From positions 5,984,001 to 6,048,000 of the forward strand of contig OZ001293.3 of the NCBI GenBank assembly GCA_963921275.4: a stretch of DNA of 64,000 bases. Reading direction: 5' to 3'. Source of the stretch: an uncultured Hormoscilla sp. Lineage in GTDB: Bacteria > Cyanobacteriota > Cyanobacteriia > Cyanobacteriales > Desertifilaceae. Below, one piece after another: positions 61,525-64,000 of this stretch; the stretch's first letter is position 1; each line of letters opens with the position of its first letter. The position numbers and the translations under genes were made by a program. Under the pieces are notes generated by a model, which was not told the origin of the DNA, made no database searches, and saw only the letters and a list, made by a program, of their open reading frames with translations.

Positions 61525-61998
61525 TTACTCAATTTCCGTGACTTGTTTCAGGAAGTTTTCCACATCCTGAGTTAAACTGGGACCGAGGAGACGGGCTTTA
61601 TCCAAATTCATTGCCAACTGATCGTAATCTATATTTACTCCATAAGCATGACGAAAGAAATGTCGGAAACCCCGCATGTTATTCAGATTTAGATAACTTG
61701 ACTCTGATAATAACCGGGGGCGAATGCCCGGAATATCTTGAGTCATTCGTTGTAACAAGGCACTGTGCCAGCGGGCGGTATCGGTAATTTGATTTTCAAA
61801 ATGAGCCGCCACTATTTTCAACAAGTCTTCTACAGCATTGTAAAGATTGTGAATTTGATAGGCGACGCTCTCCATTATCGCCGGTTCATCTAGAGTTAGC
61901 CCGATCGCACGTTCCTCTAGTTTAGCAAAGATCTTGTCGATCAGATCCATTTGTCCTTGGATATCAGTCTGGAGAACCGTCAGGGCATTTTTGTCCAT
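61525..61998 (-). CDS. HepT-like HEPN ribonuclease toxin
   Basis: HNLYNAVE, WHSALL, FRHFFRHAY (RX4HXY). Confidence 0.85.
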   Translation of the reverse strand: MDKNALTVLQTDIQGQMDLIDKIFAKLEERAIGLTLDEPAIMESVAYQIHNLYNAVEDLLKIVAAHFENQITDTARWHSALLQRMTQDIPGIRPRLLSESSYLNLNNMRGFRHFFRHAYGVNIDYDQLAMNLDKARLLGPSLTQDVENFLKQVTEIE

Positions 61999-62330
61999 AA
62001 TCTTCCTGTTTCGCGGATGCGGTGGGCAAAATGACATTGGTCTAGCTTAATTAAGTCTACCTCTCTGCCTAGGGCTGTTACTAGCAGACTAATCACGGTA
62101 AAAAAATTCTCTGGATCTATCTGTTCGACGGCTATGTCTACATCGGATGTTTCTGTAAAGCGATCGGGTCTGGTGAGGGAGCCAAAGATATAGGCCCGGC
62201 AAATGCCATACTGACTGCCATAGTCATCTAACCACTGTTTGACCTGGGCCAACAATGTTTGCCGTTCCTGTTCTAGTCGATCGCGCCTCGCTGCTCTAAT
62301 TTCATCCAGCAGATAACTGTTAAATGGCAT
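61980..62330 (-). CDS. MntA-like nucleotidyltransferase antitoxin
   Basis: YIFGSL..SDVDIAV..REVDLI. Confidence 0.85.
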   Translation of the reverse strand: MPFNSYLLDEIRAARRDRLEQERQTLLAQVKQWLDDYGSQYGICRAYIFGSLTRPDRFTETSDVDIAVEQIDPENFFTVISLLVTALGREVDLIKLDQCHFAHRIRETGRLWTKMP

Positions 62331-62440
62331 ATTGATTATTCCCTGACTCTGTTCTGAATGATAGCACGGCGATCATTATCCTGGTAGGGGCGATCGCCCC
62401 ACACTGGACTCCGAGCGGCCATAAACCTGGTTTCTCAGAA

Positions 62441-62872
62441 TTACTGTCTGGTCCAGTCTTCCAAAAGCAGACCGGGCACTCGTTGAAAATCTCGCCAATT
62501 GCGAGTTACTAGTATACCATCTACGGAAAGCGCGATCGCCGCTATCCGTAGGTCTTGCGTGCCAATGCGTATTTTTTGACGGCTCAATTCAGCATAACGA
62601 GCGGAAGCTGCCCGATCGAAGTCAAGCAACTTCCTGGTTCTGTAAAAGTCTACCGTTTTCCGCAGGTTGCCGTAAGTGAATAATATTTGCTCAGACTTGC
62701 CAGACTGGGAAGCTTGTCTGATACTATTGAGTCGTCCGCGCATTTGCTCTTCTACTGTAATCACAGTGATAGCAATTTCTGAGGGATTAATCCTATTTAA
62801 CTGTTCTGTCAACAATGGTTCTTCCCGTTGGAGCAGCGAGACATGATCCGTATCGAGTATCCAGAGACTCAT
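62441..62872 (-). CDS. vapC: VapC/PIN toxin
   Basis: [25 protein letters not shown]. Confidence 0.88.
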   Translation of the reverse strand: MSLWILDTDHVSLLQREEPLLTEQLNRINPSEIAITVITVEEQMRGRLNSIRQASQSGKSEQILFTYGNLRKTVDFYRTRKLLDFDRAASARYAELSRQKIRIGTQDLRIAAIALSVDGILVTRNWRDFQRVPGLLLEDWTRQ

Positions 62873-63408
62873 ATCGCCTCATTCTCCCCATCTAAACTGT
62901 CGTAATATGCTGCCATTTCTGCATCCAATTCGCGTCTGTATGCTTCTATATATTCCAGCATCTCATCGAATAGCGGATCGTCTTTGAAAATCCCTGCATC
63001 CTGTATCCAGTAGTTATCTGGGTTTTCTTTCTTCATTTTTTCCAATTCCTCCTCACTCAGAGGTTTCACCGGTGCAGTCGGATCTTTTAAGTAATCCTTT
63101 TTTACCTCAACCACTCTTTTGATTAAGTCTAAATCATCCTGCTGAATATCCACAAATTTCAGTGATTTTTCGATCTGTTGTTCGGGGAAATTTTCGTACA
63201 ATTGGGCTATGGCTGTAAACACAACCGACCAAGTCAACCTCTCCAGATTCCGAAATGACAGAATTACCCTTTGACCTTGATTGAAAGCAGCGGCGATCTG
63301 GTCGTAAATCTTTTGACCGTGATGCCATGCTAGCGAATCGTTAGTGGGGACAATCCTCTCACAGAAGATTTCGATCTTCTCACTTGTGTGACTTTTGAGT
63401 TCCAACAT
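62869..63408 (-). CDS. STAS-like (DUF4325) domain fused to an antitoxin-like C-terminus
   Basis: GQKIYDQI..AIAQLYENF; AGIFKDDPLFDE; overlaps the vapC start. Confidence 0.65.
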   Translation of the reverse strand: MLELKSHTSEKIEIFCERIVPTNDSLAWHHGQKIYDQIAAAFNQGQRVILSFRNLERLTWSVVFTAIAQLYENFPEQQIEKSLKFVDIQQDDLDLIKRVVEVKKDYLKDPTAPVKPLSEEELEKMKKENPDNYWIQDAGIFKDDPLFDEMLEYIEAYRRELDAEMAAYYDSLDGENEAI

Positions 63409-63570
63409 AGTTAATGCTCCTCTGAAAATGACTACATTAATATTATAGCAAGCCTATTTGATTTGTGCGCTAAAAGATGCCCATCAACCCTATTTCGGCG
63501 TTCCCGCATCTGAATGATAGCACGACGATCGTTCGCCTGGTAGGGGCGAACGATGTCTGCATTCGCCGCA

Positions 63571-63992
63571 TTACTGTCTGGTCCAGTCTTCCAAAAGCAG
63601 ACCGGGGACTCGTTCAAAATCGCGCCAATTGCGAGTTACTAGTATACCATCTACGGAAAGCGCGATCGCCGTAAGTCTCGCGTGCCAAGGCGTATTTTTT
63701 GACAGATTAATTCAGTATAACGAGTGGAAGCTGCCCGCTCGAAGTCAAGCAGCTTCCTGCTTCTGTAAAAGTCTACTGTTTTCCGCAGGTTGGCGTAAGC
63801 GAATATTATTTGCTCAGACTTGCCAGACTGGGAAGCTTGTCTGATATTATTGAGTCGTCCGCGCATTTGCTCTTCTACTGTAATCACAGTGATAGCAATT
63901 TCTGAGGGATTAATCCTATTTAATTGTTCTATCACAAATGGTTCTTTCCGTTGGATTAGCGAGACATAATCTGTGGAGGATCCAAAGCCTCA
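63571..63992 (-). pseudogene. vapC: Second VapC paralog, frameshifted (adjacent duplicated module)
   Basis: Paralog of 62441-62872 about 1130 nt away, with small deletions. Confidence 0.8.
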
Positions 63993-64000
63993 TATCGCCT

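Overview
Cyanobacterial chromosomal DNA: abundant HIP1 GCGATCGC, a hisF-petP-ArsA-chlG block, psb35, mraY, menG and ppx. The genome is in heavy decay, with many frameshifted or truncated genes; an Oscillatoriales-like, possibly host-associated lifestyle is inference only. The dominant feature is a group II intron bloom: 12 introns covering about 13 kb (~20% of the window). Two encode RT/maturase/HNH proteins (2573-5846 minus, 42246-45477 plus). Ten are ORF-less, ~800-880 nt ribozymes (one is 5'-truncated) in three related families, here called A, B and C. Four of the ten sit inside other introns, and one is inserted into a copy of itself. The ORF-less copies carry five different EBS1 guide loops, most complementary to their own upstream flank. 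Host-gene reconstruction at eight sites shows that each inserted unit ends one nucleotide beyond the usual branch-A -8/AY register (ends ...CCCCATCC, ...CCCCGACT, ...CCCCTACC). Removing one of them reveals an intact 127-aa gene that the ORF track misses. Also present: IS remnants, a MITE, several tiny mobile hairpin repeats, a 997-bp tandem duplication, decayed R-M, TA, LRR and kinase loci, and an rsmB pseudogene holding four introns.
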